From the NCBI GenBank assembly GCA_902791035.1, contig CADAUA010000006.1:80457-144456 (forward strand): a stretch of DNA of 64,000 nucleotides, read 5' to 3'. The notes under the pieces are model-generated. The model was not told the DNA's origin, made no database searches, and was given only the letters and a program-made list of their open reading frames with translations. Below, in pieces: positions 1 to 9,676 of the stretch. Source of the DNA: an uncultured Coriobacteriaceae bacterium. Its GTDB lineage: Bacteria; Actinomycetota; Coriobacteriia; Coriobacteriales; Atopobiaceae. How positions within the stretch are numbered: position 1 is the first letter of the stretch; every line of letters starts with the position of its first letter. Made by a program: the position numbers and the translations under genes.

Positions 1-1
1 G

Positions 2-826
2 ATCCACGCCAACGACGTGAAGATGGAGCCCGGCATCGACCTGGGCGTGATCGCCCGCTCCACCCCCGGTGCCTCCGGCGCCGACCTGGCGAACATCATC
101 AACGAGGCGGCCCTGCGTGCCGTGCGCTTCGGACGTCGCCGCGTGAGCCAGGAGGACCTGGTGGAGTCGGTCGACGTCGTCATCGCCGGCGAGAAGAAGA
201 AGTCCACCGTCCTCTCCGAGCACGAGAAGGAGGTCGTGGCCTACCACGAGACCGGCCACGCCATCGTGGCCGCCATGCAGAAGGGCTCCGCCCCCGTGCA
301 GAAGATCACCATCGTGCCGCGCACCTCGGGCGCCTTGGGCTTTACCATGCAGGTCGAGGAGGACGAGCACTTCCTGCAGACCCGCCAGGAGGCCAAGGAC
401 AAGATCGCGGTCCTGTGCGGCGGTCGCGCGGCCGAGGAGCTCATCTTCGGCGAGATGACCACCGGCGCATCCAACGACATCGAGAAGGCCACCCAGATCG
501 CCCGCGCCATGGTCACGCAGTACGGCATGTCCGACAAGTTCGGCATGGTCGCTCTCGGCCAGCAGCGCAGCCGCTACCTGGGCGGCGGCGCCGAGCTCAC
601 CTGCTCCGAGGGCACCGCGCAGGAGGTCGACGCCGAGGTCCAGCGGCTCGTGGAGGAGGGCCACCAGCGCGCCCTGACCTGCCTGCGGGACAACCGCTTC
701 AAGCTGCACGAGATCGCCCACTACCTGCAGAAGAAGGAGACCATCACGGGCGAGGAGTTCATGAGGATCCTCGAGCGCGACGACGGCTTCGCCCCCAAGT
801 TCGCGGCCGCCACGTCGCAGCAGTAG
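2..826 (+). CDS. ftsH: ATP-dependent zinc metalloprotease FtsH, C-terminal portion (5' end upstream of window)
   Basis: The frame is open from base 2. It shows the AAA+ lid (GASGADLANIINEAALRAVR), then an M41 peptidase domain with zinc motif HETGHA. Stop at 824-826. Confidence 0.9.
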   Translation: MHANDVKMEPGIDLGVIARSTPGASGADLANIINEAALRAVRFGRRRVSQEDLVESVDVVIAGEKKKSTVLSEHEKEVVAYHETGHAIVAAMQKGSAPVQKITIVPRTSGALGFTMQVEEDEHFLQTRQEAKDKIAVLCGGRAAEELIFGEMTTGASNDIEKATQIARAMVTQYGMSDKFGMVALGQQRSRYLGGGAELTCSEGTAQEVDAEVQRLVEEGHQRALTCLRDNRFKLHEIAHYLQKKETITGEEFMRILERDDGFAPKFAAATSQQ

Positions 827-845
827 GGGCTTGTCCGCACGGTAG

Positions 846-908
846 GGGCCTCCCCGGTTCCACGGAAGATGAGCTTCGCGAAATCTTCCTTTGGAACCGG
901 GGAGGCCC
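846..908. terminator. Long GC-rich hairpin between convergent ftsH and methyltransferase genes (putative bidirectional terminator)
   Basis: GGGCCTCCCCGGTTCCA(c)GGAAGAT - 12 nt loop - ATCTTCC(tt)TGGAACCGGGGAGGCCC. The arms are complementary over about 24 bp. There is no clean U-tract; TTCTCT follows. Confidence 0.5.
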
Positions 909-1050
909 TTCTCTGTAGATAAGGACCGGCTGGCCCGAAGCGGCGGCGGACTTGGGGGCGAGGACGCCGGGGCGCTGCGCAGGGCCGGATTCGGGCATTA
1001 GGGGAGTACCCCTTTGTACCCACTCCTTTGTGCCCACCGCGGTGGAACGC

Positions 1051-1932
1051 TTAGTCGCGGAAGAGCTGCCAGAAGGCGACCGCGCTGCTGGTCGCGACGT
1101 TCAAGGAGTCAACGCCGTGGGCCATGGGGATGATCACGCTCTTGTCGCATGCGGCGATCGTGGCAGGGTCCAGGCCATAGCCCTCGCAGCCGAAGAAGAG
1201 CGCGCGCTTCTTGCCCGCTGCACCTGCGGCGCCCGGTCCGCCCTCCACGCGCGACCCGCCCGCGGAGCCCGCGACACCCTCGAATGACGGGTCGTCGATG
1301 GCCACCGCATCCTCGCGCAGAGCCAGCGCCAGGCACTCGAAGCCCCGCTCGTGGAGAAGGTCGACCACCCCGCGCGGCCACTCCCCCGCCCCGGCGCGGG
1401 CCCAAGGCACCTTGAGGACGCAGCCCATGGAGGTCCGGCACGCCCTTCTCTGCAGGGGGTCAGCGCAGCGCGGCGAGACCACGACCGCGTCTGCCCCCAG
1501 GGCGGCGGCGTTCCTGAAGGCGGCACCCACGTTGGTCACGTCCACGAGCCCCTCGAGCAGGGCCACGTGGCGCGCGCCGTCGAGCACCTCCCCCACCGTG
1601 CGCTCGCGCGGCCGCCGCATGGCCGCGAGGAAGCCCCGCGTGACGTTGAAGCCGGCCAGGCGGCTCAGCTCCTCGCGCGCCAGCACGAAGACCGGAGCCG
1701 ACCCCTGTCCGTGCGCATCGAGCAGGTCCTGGGCCACCTGGGCGTGCAGGTCGTCCACCAGGAGCGACTCCGCGACCACGCCCTCGGCGAGCGCGACCTC
1801 CACCACCAGCCGCGACTCGGCCACGAAGAGAGCCTGCTCGGGGTGGAGCGAGCTTCTCAGCTGGTGCTCCGTGAGCCGCGCGTACACGTCGAGCCGGGGG
1901 TCATCCAGGGCGTCCAGCCGTGCGATTGTCAT
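1051..1932 (-). CDS. TrmH/SpoU-family RNA 2'-O-methyltransferase
   Basis: The ATG at 1932 is preceded by GGGAGGGGAG. SpoU motifs are present: NVGAAFRNAAALGAD, LFFGCEGYGL and IPMAHGVDSLNVATSSAVAFW. The longer track ORF (to 2445) adds an Arg/Gly/Ala-rich extension that overlaps the next gene and is unlikely to be real. Confidence 0.8.
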   Translation of the reverse strand: MTIARLDALDDPRLDVYARLTEHQLRSSLHPEQALFVAESRLVVEVALAEGVVAESLLVDDLHAQVAQDLLDAHGQGSAPVFVLAREELSRLAGFNVTRGFLAAMRRPRERTVGEVLDGARHVALLEGLVDVTNVGAAFRNAAALGADAVVVSPRCADPLQRRACRTSMGCVLKVPWARAGAGEWPRGVVDLLHERGFECLALALREDAVAIDDPSFEGVAGSAGGSRVEGGPGAAGAAGKKRALFFGCEGYGLDPATIAACDKSVIIPMAHGVDSLNVATSSAVAFWQLFRD

Positions 1933-2065
1933 GGAAAGCTCCCCTCCCGTTCGCGATGCGCGCCCGCGCGCCACTCCTGAGGTACGATACCCCAATGGAC
2001 ACCACGCCGCCGCGCGCCATCGCGCACCACCCGCAGCGCGGCCCAGAGATAGAGGTAGCTCAAAC

Positions 2066-3670
2066 ATGGCAATGCTCAGCAAGAACGATGCCCCCAAGCA
2101 CGCGCCGAAGCACGCCGCGCCCAAGGGCTCCAAGAAGGTAATCGAGAACACCACCAAGGTGGCCAAGGACGCAAAGCCCAAGAAGAAGCATGCCGCGGAG
2201 ACCGTGACCACCGCTAAGCCCGTCGTGCCCGTCGTCCCCGCCGCGACCGTGGCGGATGTGGCCCCCGCCCCCAAGCGCAAGCGCCACCTCTGGGTCATCC
2301 CCGTAGTGGCCGCCGGCATCCTGGGCGCCGCGTACCTGGGTGGCGTCGCGTACTTCTCGAACACCTTCCTCCCCGGGACCACCGTGGACGGCACGTCCGT
2401 CTCGCTCAAGTCCACCGAGGCTCTGGCCGCCCTCAAGAGCTCCACCTACGACGACTACGAGATCCGCGTGCAGGGCGAGGGGCTCGACACGACCGTGAGG
2501 GCCGCCGACATAGACCTCGCCTTCGACGGGTCGGGCTACGCCGCGCGGGCCATGGCCTCCATCGACCCCTGGGCCTGGCCGCTCGAGATCTCGTCCACAC
2601 GGGCGCTCACCGTGGGCCCCGTGGTGACCTACGACCACGACAAGCTCGTCCAGGTCATCCAGACCGCCATCGACGCCGCAGACGCCGCGGCCGACGAGGC
2701 GGGCAAGACCTCCATCGCCTTCGACGCCACGGCCGGGCAGTACACGGCCTCCTCGGCAGCCCTCACCGAACACCTGGACGCGGGCCTCGTGGCCGACACC
2801 GTGGCCACGCACTTTGCCACGCTGGACGAGGTGGCCGAGGTCGGCGCCGACTGCGTGACCGGCGAGTCCGACGTCCGCGCCGCCCTCAACCAGGCCAACA
2901 CCTACGTGGCCTCCACCATCGACGTGACCCTCGGCGGCGAGCACGTGACCGACGTGACGGCCGAGCAGATAGCCGGCTGGGTGAAGATCGGCGACGACCT
3001 GAGCGTGTCCCTCGACACCGCCGCCATCGAGGACTGGTGCCACGGCGAGCTCTCCGACATGACGGACAGCTACCAGACCGAGCGCACCTACACCCGCCCC
3101 GACAACGTGGAGGAGACCGTGACGGGCGGCCGCGGCGTGTACGGCTGGATCATCGACGGCACGACGGCCGCGACCCAGATCGAGGAGGCCCTGGCCACCG
3201 GCCAGCCCTCCACGCTCGACCTCCCCACCAAGAAGCAGGCCGAGACCTACAACCCAGGCGGCCAGGACTGGGGCGACCGCTACATCGACGTGGACATCTC
3301 CGACCAGCACGCGGTCTTCTTCGACGGCGGCCAGGTGATCTGGGAGGCCGATGTGGTGACGGGCCTGCCGGCCGAGAACCGCGACACCCCGCAGGGGGTC
3401 TGGACCATCACCGAGAAGCGCACCGATGCCAACCTCAAGGGCCCGGTGGACCCCGAGACGAACGAGCCCGAGTGGGACTCCCACGTGGACTTCTGGATGG
3501 GCATCGTGGGCACGGCCGTGGGCTTCCACAACGCGCCCTGGCGGTCGGCCTTCGGCGGCACCATCTACCAGTGGAACGGCAGCCACGGCTGCATCAACCT
3601 GAGCTACGAGAAGGGCGAGGCCCTCTACAACCTCTGCAAGGTGGGCGACGTCGTGGTGGTTCACGAATAG
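2066..3670 (+). CDS. Membrane-anchored L,D-transpeptidase (YkuD domain)
   Basis: The ATG at 2066 follows AGAGGTAG. The N-terminus is Lys-rich, followed by a TM segment (LWVIPVVAAGILGAAYLGGVAYF). The C-terminal YkuD catalytic motif is HNAPW...NGSHGCINLS. Confidence 0.8.
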   Translation: MAMLSKNDAPKHAPKHAAPKGSKKVIENTTKVAKDAKPKKKHAAETVTTAKPVVPVVPAATVADVAPAPKRKRHLWVIPVVAAGILGAAYLGGVAYFSNTFLPGTTVDGTSVSLKSTEALAALKSSTYDDYEIRVQGEGLDTTVRAADIDLAFDGSGYAARAMASIDPWAWPLEISSTRALTVGPVVTYDHDKLVQVIQTAIDAADAAADEAGKTSIAFDATAGQYTASSAALTEHLDAGLVADTVATHFATLDEVAEVGADCVTGESDVRAALNQANTYVASTIDVTLGGEHVTDVTAEQIAGWVKIGDDLSVSLDTAAIEDWCHGELSDMTDSYQTERTYTRPDNVEETVTGGRGVYGWIIDGTTAATQIEEALATGQPSTLDLPTKKQAETYNPGGQDWGDRYIDVDISDQHAVFFDGGQVIWEADVVTGLPAENRDTPQGVWTITEKRTDANLKGPVDPETNEPEWDSHVDFWMGIVGTAVGFHNAPWRSAFGGTIYQWNGSHGCINLSYEKGEALYNLCKVGDVVVVHE

Positions 3671-3707
3671 CAATGGGGGTCTGGTTCACGAATAGCAATG
3701 GGGGTCG
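3658..3707. repeat. 25-bp perfect-type tandem duplication (x2) spanning the L,D-transpeptidase stop codon
   Basis: GGTTCACGAATAGCAATGGGGGTC(T/G) occurs at 3658-3682 and again at 3683-3707. The second copy runs into the family-1 palindrome. Confidence 0.9.
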
Positions 3708-3795
3708 GAGCTCGTGTCACGGGGGGTCGGAGCTGCTGTCACGCTCGCGTGGCGTGACAGCAGCTCCGACCCCCCGTGACACGAGCTCCGACCCC
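3701..3795. repeat. Family-1 dispersed repeat: perfect 44-bp inverted repeat built from two 22-nt units (probable bidirectional terminator)
   Basis: The left arm (3701-3744) is the exact reverse complement of the right arm (3752-3795), with a 7-nt loop. Unit consensus is GCGTGACA(C/G)(G/C)AGCTCCGACCCC. It lies between convergent ldt and ffh. Confidence 0.9.
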
Positions 3796-3806
3796 GGGCC
3801 AACCAC

Positions 3807-5213
3807 CTAGCGGCGACGGCCCCGACGGGGCTGGGGCATGCCCATGCCGCCACCCATGCCGCCGCCGTACTGGCGCATCATGGCCTGCATCTGCCGCGAG
3901 GCCTTCTTGTTGCCGCCCTTCATGGCACCGCGCATGGACTTCATCATCTTGGCGATCTCTTCGTACTGCTTGATGAGCTGGTTGACCTCCTGCACGGTGT
4001 GGCCCGAGCCTTGGGCGATGCGGCGGCGACGCTGGCCGTTGATGATCTTGGGCCTGGCGCGCTCCTCCTTGGTCATCGACTGGATGATGGACTCCACCTG
4101 CTTGAGGGCCTTCTCGTCGTTGATGCCGCCCTGCTGCGCGAGGGCGCGCTCGCCGCCCGGCAGCGCCCCGATGATCTTGGTCAGGCCACCCATCTTGCGG
4201 ACCTGCTGCATCTGGGCCAGGAGGTCGTCCATGGTGAAGCCCTCGTTGAGCATGCGCTCGGCGGCTTCCATCTGCTCCTGGTCGGCCACCTTCTGGGCCT
4301 GCTCGATGAAGCTCACCACGTCGCCCATGCCCAGGATGCGCTTGGCCATGCGGTCGGGATGGAAGACCTCGAGCGAGTCGGGCTTCTCGCCCATGGACAC
4401 GAACTTGATGGGCTTGCCCGTGACGGCGCGGACCGAGAGGGCGCCGCCGCCACGCGCGTCGCCGTCCAGCTTGGACATGATCACGCCGTCGAAGTCCGTG
4501 CGGTTGGCGAACTCCGTTACCACGTTGACGATGTCCTGGCCGGTCATGGCATCCACGACCATGAGGATCTGGTCGGGGCGCACGGCCTCCTTGATGGCCA
4601 CGGCCTCCTGCATCATCTCCTCGTCGATCTGCAGGCGGCCGGCCGTGTCCACGATCACGATGTCGCACATGCGGTCCACGGCGGCCTGGATGGACTCGCG
4701 CGCCACCTTGACGGCGTCCTTGCCGTCGCCGCGGTACACGGGCACGCCGATCTCCCCGCCCAGGGTCTGGAGCTGGTCGGCAGCGGCCGGGCGGTGGGTG
4801 TCGCAGGCGGCGAGGAGCGGCGCGTGCTTCTGGCCCTTGAGGAGGTAGGCCAGCTTGGCCGCGGCGGTCGTCTTGCCCGAGCCCTGCAGGCCCACGAGCA
4901 TGATCACGTTGGGCGTGCGGTTCTGGGCCAGGACCAGCTTGGACTCGGTGGAGCCCAGGAGCTCGGTGAGCTCGTCCAGCACGACCCTGACCACGTTCTG
5001 GGCGGGCGAGAGCGACTGCAGGACCTCGGCCGTGAGGCACTTCTCCTTGCAGCGGGCCACGAAGTCCTTGACCACGCGGTAGTTGACGTCGGCCTCCAGG
5101 AGGGCCATCCGCACCTCGCGCATGGCGGAGTTGATGTCGTCCTCCGTGAGGCGGCCCTTGCTGCCGAGCTTGGCGAAGGTGTCCTGGAGGCGCTCGCTCA
5201 GGCTGTTGAACAT
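3807..5213 (-). CDS. ffh: Signal recognition particle protein Ffh
   Basis: NG domain motifs are GLQGSGKTT and DTAGR. A Met-rich M domain and a basic C-terminal tail follow. Confidence 0.95.
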   Translation of the reverse strand: MFNSLSERLQDTFAKLGSKGRLTEDDINSAMREVRMALLEADVNYRVVKDFVARCKEKCLTAEVLQSLSPAQNVVRVVLDELTELLGSTESKLVLAQNRTPNVIMLVGLQGSGKTTAAAKLAYLLKGQKHAPLLAACDTHRPAAADQLQTLGGEIGVPVYRGDGKDAVKVARESIQAAVDRMCDIVIVDTAGRLQIDEEMMQEAVAIKEAVRPDQILMVVDAMTGQDIVNVVTEFANRTDFDGVIMSKLDGDARGGGALSVRAVTGKPIKFVSMGEKPDSLEVFHPDRMAKRILGMGDVVSFIEQAQKVADQEQMEAAERMLNEGFTMDDLLAQMQQVRKMGGLTKIIGALPGGERALAQQGGINDEKALKQVESIIQSMTKEERARPKIINGQRRRRIAQGSGHTVQEVNQLIKQYEEIAKMMKSMRGAMKGGNKKASRQMQAMMRQYGGGMGGGMGMPQPRRGRRR

Positions 5214-5216
5214 GTG

Positions 5217-6125
5217 CTACTTCCCCTCCTCGCCCACGAGCGCGCGGCAGAAGTCCAGCGCGTCGAAGGACTGCAGGTCGTCGATGGACTCGCCCACGCC
5301 GATGCGATAGATGGGCAGGCCCAGCTGGCTGGATATGGCGATGGCGATGCCGCCCTTGGCGGTGCCGTCGAGCTTGGTGACGATAAGGCCGTCCAGGTCC
5401 AGGGCGTCGTTGAACTCCTTGGCCTGGTTGAGGCCGTTCTGGCCGGTGGTGGCGTCGATCACGAGGACCACGGAGACGGGGTACTTGTCGGCGCAGCGCT
5501 TGCGCGTGACGTTCACGACCTTGGCCAGCTCGCGCATGAGGTCGGAGCTGGTGTGGAGGCGGCCCGCCGTGTCGATGAGGACGAGCTCGCTCCCGCGCCT
5601 CTCGGCCTCGTCGATCACGTCGTAGCAGACGCTCGCCGGGTCCGCGCCGCGGCTGCGGGTGACCACGTCCACATCGGCCCGCTGGCCCCAGACCTCCAGC
5701 TGCTCGATGGCTGCCGCGCGGAAGGTATCGGCCCCGCCGATGAGGCAGCGGATGCCGTCGTCCTTGGCGCGACCGGCCAGCTTGCCCACGGTGGTCGTCT
5801 TGCCGGCGCCGTTGATGCCCACGAAGAGCACGCAGGAAGGCAGGCTGGTAAAGGGGTCGCGGCCGGGCGCCGTGAACTCCTGGGCCAGACGCTCGGCCAG
5901 GGCCTTGCGGATCTGCGGGGCGCGCGTGAGGTTCTCGCGGGCGGCCTGCTCGCGCAGGTCGTCCACCACACGCAGGGCCACCTCGCCACCCATGTCGCCC
6001 ATCACGAGAGTGTCCTCGAGGTCCTGCCACCAGTCCTCGTCCACCTCGCCGCCCATGTAGAAGATCTCGTTTATGGCCTCGCGAGACCGCGAGAGGCCGC
6101 GCTTGAGGCTGTCGAAGAAGCCCAT
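5217..6125 (-). CDS. ftsY: SRP receptor FtsY (short form, no acidic A domain)
   Basis: GINGAGKTTT, DTAGRL and TKLDGTAKGG motifs are present. It lies immediately upstream of ffh. Confidence 0.95.
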   Translation of the reverse strand: MGFFDSLKRGLSRSREAINEIFYMGGEVDEDWWQDLEDTLVMGDMGGEVALRVVDDLREQAARENLTRAPQIRKALAERLAQEFTAPGRDPFTSLPSCVLFVGINGAGKTTTVGKLAGRAKDDGIRCLIGGADTFRAAAIEQLEVWGQRADVDVVTRSRGADPASVCYDVIDEAERRGSELVLIDTAGRLHTSSDLMRELAKVVNVTRKRCADKYPVSVVLVIDATTGQNGLNQAKEFNDALDLDGLIVTKLDGTAKGGIAIAISSQLGLPIYRIGVGESIDDLQSFDALDFCRALVGEEGK

Positions 6126-9100
6126 CAGGCGTCCACCACCCTTCCCGTGGCATGGTCGAGGCGCTGGCTCACCACGTGGCTCACGCCGTCGGCCTGCATA
6201 GATACCCCGTAGAGCACGTCCGCCTGCTCCATCGTGCGCCTCTGGTGGGAGATCACGATGAGCTGGGTGGACTCCTTGAGCTGCTCGATGGCATCGAGCA
6301 GGCGCGAGAGGTTGGAGTCGTCGAGGGCGGCCTCAACCTCGTCGAACACGTAGAACGGCACCGTGCGCGTGCGGTACACGGCAAAGAGAAGGGCAAGGGC
6401 CGTGAGGGACCGCTCGCCGCCGCTCATGAGCGTCATCTTCTGGATCTTCTTGCCGCGCGGCTGGGCCACGACCTCCACGCCCGTCTCGGACAGGTGCTCG
6501 GGATCCGTGAGCTCCAGGTGGGCCTGGCCGCCCGGGAAGAGCATGGAGAAGATCTCCGAGAAGTTCTTGTTCACCCGCTCGAAGACCGTGACGAAGCGCG
6601 TGCGCATCTTGCGATCGATGGCGGAGGTGATCTTGCGCAGGGCCACCCGGGCCCGCTCCAGGTCCTCCACCTGGCCGGCGATGTAGTCTGCCCGCTCCTT
6701 GAGGCGGTCGTACTCGTCCATGGCCACCTCGTTCACGGGACCGATGGAGTCCATCTGGCGGCGGAGGTCGGCGGCCAGGCGCTCGGAGCGCTCGCGGTCG
6801 TCGGGCGCGGGGAGCTGGAGGGCCTCGTCGAGCACGGCACCCGTGGCCACGATGCGCTCCACCGCGGCCTGGACCTGGGCCTCCAAGCGGCCCATGTCCA
6901 CCTTGACGGCGTTTGCCGCGGACTTTGCTTCGTCGAGCTCCTTTGTGGCGGCGTCGCGGGCGTCCTTCGCCTCGCCGATCGTGCGCTTGAGGGAGTCCGA
7001 GTCCGCCTCGGCCAGGCTGGCCCGGTCCTTGAGGCGGGCCGCCCACTCCTGGGCGCGGGTGCGGATGGCGTCGTAGCGCGCGTGGAGGGGGTCCACGCGC
7101 AGGCGGACCACGTCGAGCGCGCGGGCGGACTGCTGGGTCTGCTCTATGCGCTGGTCCAGGTCGCGGACGTTGCGCGAGAGGTCCCGCTCGCGGCGCTCCA
7201 GGTTCTGGCGGCGCTCCCCCGTCATGGCCAGCTGGATGCGGCCGTCGGAGAGGTCGTGGGAGGCCTTGCCCTGGGCGTGGATGGCGTCCTCGTGCTGGGC
7301 CCGCACGTCCTCCAGCTGGTGGGCCAGCTCCTCGGCGCGGGCAGTGGCTGCCTTGGCGGCTGCCCGGTGGCCCTCCACCTGACCGCGGGCCCGCTCGGCC
7401 TTCTGGGCCGCAGAGGCGCGCGACCGGGTGACCTGCTCGCGCTCGGAGGTGGCCGAGCTCAGCTGGCCCTCCAGCCGGCCCGACTCGCTGGTCACGGAGC
7501 TGAGCTCGCCCTGGAGGCGCGCTGCCTCGCCCTTGGCCTGGGCCGCGGCGTCGCGGGCGGCGTTAAGGGCGCCCTCGGCGGCGGCCACGGCGGCACCGGC
7601 CTCCTCGAGCGCCTCGCGCTCCCCCGCAAGGCCCGCCTCCAGGGCGCGGATGCGACGCTTGCGCTCGAGGGCGCCCCTCTCGTTCGTGGGGGTGGAGCCC
7701 ACGACCACGCGGCCGTCGGGAAGGACGGTCGAGCCGTCGGCCGCCACGTAGGTGAGGGCGGGGGCCTGGGCATGGGCGGCCACGGCTTCGGCCACCGTGG
7801 CGACCAGGCGCACGTCGCCCAGAAGGGCCTCGATCAGGGGGCGGGACTCCTCGTCCACCCGCAGGCGGGCCACCAGGGACGCACCGGGCGCCCCTTCCAC
7901 GACGGCCCTTGCCGGTGCCGCCTGCGACACGACGACCGCCCGGCCGCCCTTGCGCGCTAGCCTGAGCGCGCCTTGGGCTAGCTCTGCGGCATCCGCGTCC
8001 GAGGCCACCACGAAGGCGGCCAGGTCGTCTCCCAGGAGGCGCTCCACCAAGGGCTCCACCTCGGGGTCCGCGTCCACCAGGTCCGCCACGCGGCAGACCA
8101 CGCGACCCTGGGCCTCGGGGCTCTTGGCCACGGCGGCCACGAGGGGCGAGGCCTTCTCGACGTCCGCGTCCACGGACCGCAGGGCCTTGAGGGTGGCCTC
8201 GGAGCCGTTGAGGCGCGAGCGGGCGTCCTGCTCGGCGCGCCGGGCGTCGCGGAGGGCCGCCTGGAGCTCGGGCACCTTGGCCTGGGCATCGTCCGCGGCG
8301 GCCCGCGCGGTGGAGAGAAGGTCGTCCAGCTCCTCGCGGCGGCGCTCGCGCGCGGCCAGGGCCGCCTGGGCGGTCTCGGCCTGCTCGTCTATCTGGCGCA
8401 GGCGCGAGGCGTACATCTGGTCCTCGACCTCGGCGTTCTTCACCTGCTCCTCGAGGCGGGCGTAGGCCAGGGTCTCGCGGTCGGACTCGTCGCGGGCCGC
8501 GCGCTCCGCCTTCTGGAGCCGGTCGAGCTCGGCGTCGAGCCTGCGCCGGGCGTCCACGGCCTCGCGGCTCGCGCGGGAGAGCTCCTCCACGCGGCCCTTG
8601 AGCTCGCCCTCGCGCGCCCGGGACTCTGCCAGCTGGTCGGCCACGCGGTCGTGGTCGCGCTGGGCGTCCGTGCGCTGCTTGCGCATGGTGGAGAGGCTCA
8701 TCCGCATGTCGGAGAGCCGGGAGACCATGTTCTTGCCCTTCTCCTCCAGGAGGCGCATGTCGGAGTCCATGCGGCCGAGCACGTCCTGCATGTGGCGGCG
8801 CTGCTCGCCCAGGTCCCCCACGAAGAGGCCCTTCTGCTCCAGGAGGGACTGGAGCTTCTCCAGCTCGCGGGACTTCTCGTCCAGGCGGTACTGGGCGAGC
8901 TCCACCGCGGCCTCGGCCTCGCGGCCCCGCACGGAGAGGCGGCCGTACTGGTCCTGGAGCTGGCGGAGGTCGTCCACGGCCAGCTGGGTCGTGACCTCCT
9001 TGAGCTGGCGCTCCAGGTCGTGGGCCCGACGGGCCTTGTCCACCTGGCGCTCCAGGGGCTTGAGCTGGCGGTTTATCTCGCGCTGGAGGACCTTGGCACG

Positions 9101-9667
9101 GGCCAGGTTCTCGTCCATGCCCTTGAGCTTGCGCTCGGAGCGCTCCTTGCGGCGGCGGTGCTTGGAGATGCCGGCCGCCTCCTCCACGAGCTCGCGGCGC
9201 TCCTCGGGGCGGCTCTGGAGGATGGAGTCCAGCTTGCCCTGGGAGATGATGGAGTGGGTCTCCTTGCCCAGGCCAGAGTCGTGCAGGATGTCCTGCACGT
9301 CCAGGAGGCGGCTGGGGGCGCCGTTGATGAGGTACTCGGACTCGCCCGAGCGGTACATCCGGCGGGTGATGGCCACCTCGGCGAAGTCGATGGGGAGGGT
9401 GTGGTCAGTGTTGTCGAGCACGAGGGTGACCTCGGCCACGCCCACGGCCCCGCGGGCGGTGGAGCCCGAGAAGATCACGTCCTCCATGGACTGGCCGCGC
9501 AGCATCTTCGCGCTCTGCTCGCCCAGGACCCAGAGGATGGCGTCCGACACGTTGGACTTGCCCGAGCCGTTGGGGCCCACGACCACGGTGAGGCCGGGGT
9601 CGAAGACCATGACGGTGCGGTCGGCGAAGGACTTGAAGCCCTTGAGGGTGAGCGACTTGAGGTACAC
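6125..9667 (-). CDS. smc: Chromosome partition protein Smc
   Basis: The protein is 1180 aa. It has an N-terminal Walker A (GPNGSGKSN), long coiled coils, a hinge, and C-terminal signature MSGGERSL plus Walker B FYVFDEVEAALD. Its stop overlaps the ftsY start. Confidence 0.95.
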   Translation of the reverse strand: MYLKSLTLKGFKSFADRTVMVFDPGLTVVVGPNGSGKSNVSDAILWVLGEQSAKMLRGQSMEDVIFSGSTARGAVGVAEVTLVLDNTDHTLPIDFAEVAITRRMYRSGESEYLINGAPSRLLDVQDILHDSGLGKETHSIISQGKLDSILQSRPEERRELVEEAAGISKHRRRKERSERKLKGMDENLARAKVLQREINRQLKPLERQVDKARRAHDLERQLKEVTTQLAVDDLRQLQDQYGRLSVRGREAEAAVELAQYRLDEKSRELEKLQSLLEQKGLFVGDLGEQRRHMQDVLGRMDSDMRLLEEKGKNMVSRLSDMRMSLSTMRKQRTDAQRDHDRVADQLAESRAREGELKGRVEELSRASREAVDARRRLDAELDRLQKAERAARDESDRETLAYARLEEQVKNAEVEDQMYASRLRQIDEQAETAQAALAARERRREELDDLLSTARAAADDAQAKVPELQAALRDARRAEQDARSRLNGSEATLKALRSVDADVEKASPLVAAVAKSPEAQGRVVCRVADLVDADPEVEPLVERLLGDDLAAFVVASDADAAELAQGALRLARKGGRAVVVSQAAPARAVVEGAPGASLVARLRVDEESRPLIEALLGDVRLVATVAEAVAAHAQAPALTYVAADGSTVLPDGRVVVGSTPTNERGALERKRRIRALEAGLAGEREALEEAGAAVAAAEGALNAARDAAAQAKGEAARLQGELSSVTSESGRLEGQLSSATSEREQVTRSRASAAQKAERARGQVEGHRAAAKAATARAEELAHQLEDVRAQHEDAIHAQGKASHDLSDGRIQLAMTGERRQNLERRERDLSRNVRDLDQRIEQTQQSARALDVVRLRVDPLHARYDAIRTRAQEWAARLKDRASLAEADSDSLKRTIGEAKDARDAATKELDEAKSAANAVKVDMGRLEAQVQAAVERIVATGAVLDEALQLPAPDDRERSERLAADLRRQMDSIGPVNEVAMDEYDRLKERADYIAGQVEDLERARVALRKITSAIDRKMRTRFVTVFERVNKNFSEIFSMLFPGGQAHLELTDPEHLSETGVEVVAQPRGKKIQKMTLMSGGERSLTALALLFAVYRTRTVPFYVFDEVEAALDDSNLSRLLDAIEQLKESTQLIVISHQRRTMEQADVLYGVSMQADGVSHVVSQRLDHATGRVVDA

Positions 9668-9676
9668 GGCGCCCGC

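Noticed and set aside
3739-6212. Very long ORFs antisense to or out of frame with ffh/ftsY (3739-6153 minus frame, 3999-6212 plus). Similar shadow ORFs lie over smc, recG, the DAK2 gene, priA, the rha operon (37519-40467), htpG (46632-49061), the GH1 gene (57537-59042) and yhgE (61665-63515).
   Set aside because: These are typical high-G+C shadow ORFs. Their translations are dominated by Arg/Gly/Pro/Ala/His runs with no recognisable motifs. In every case another frame or strand encodes a clearly conserved protein.
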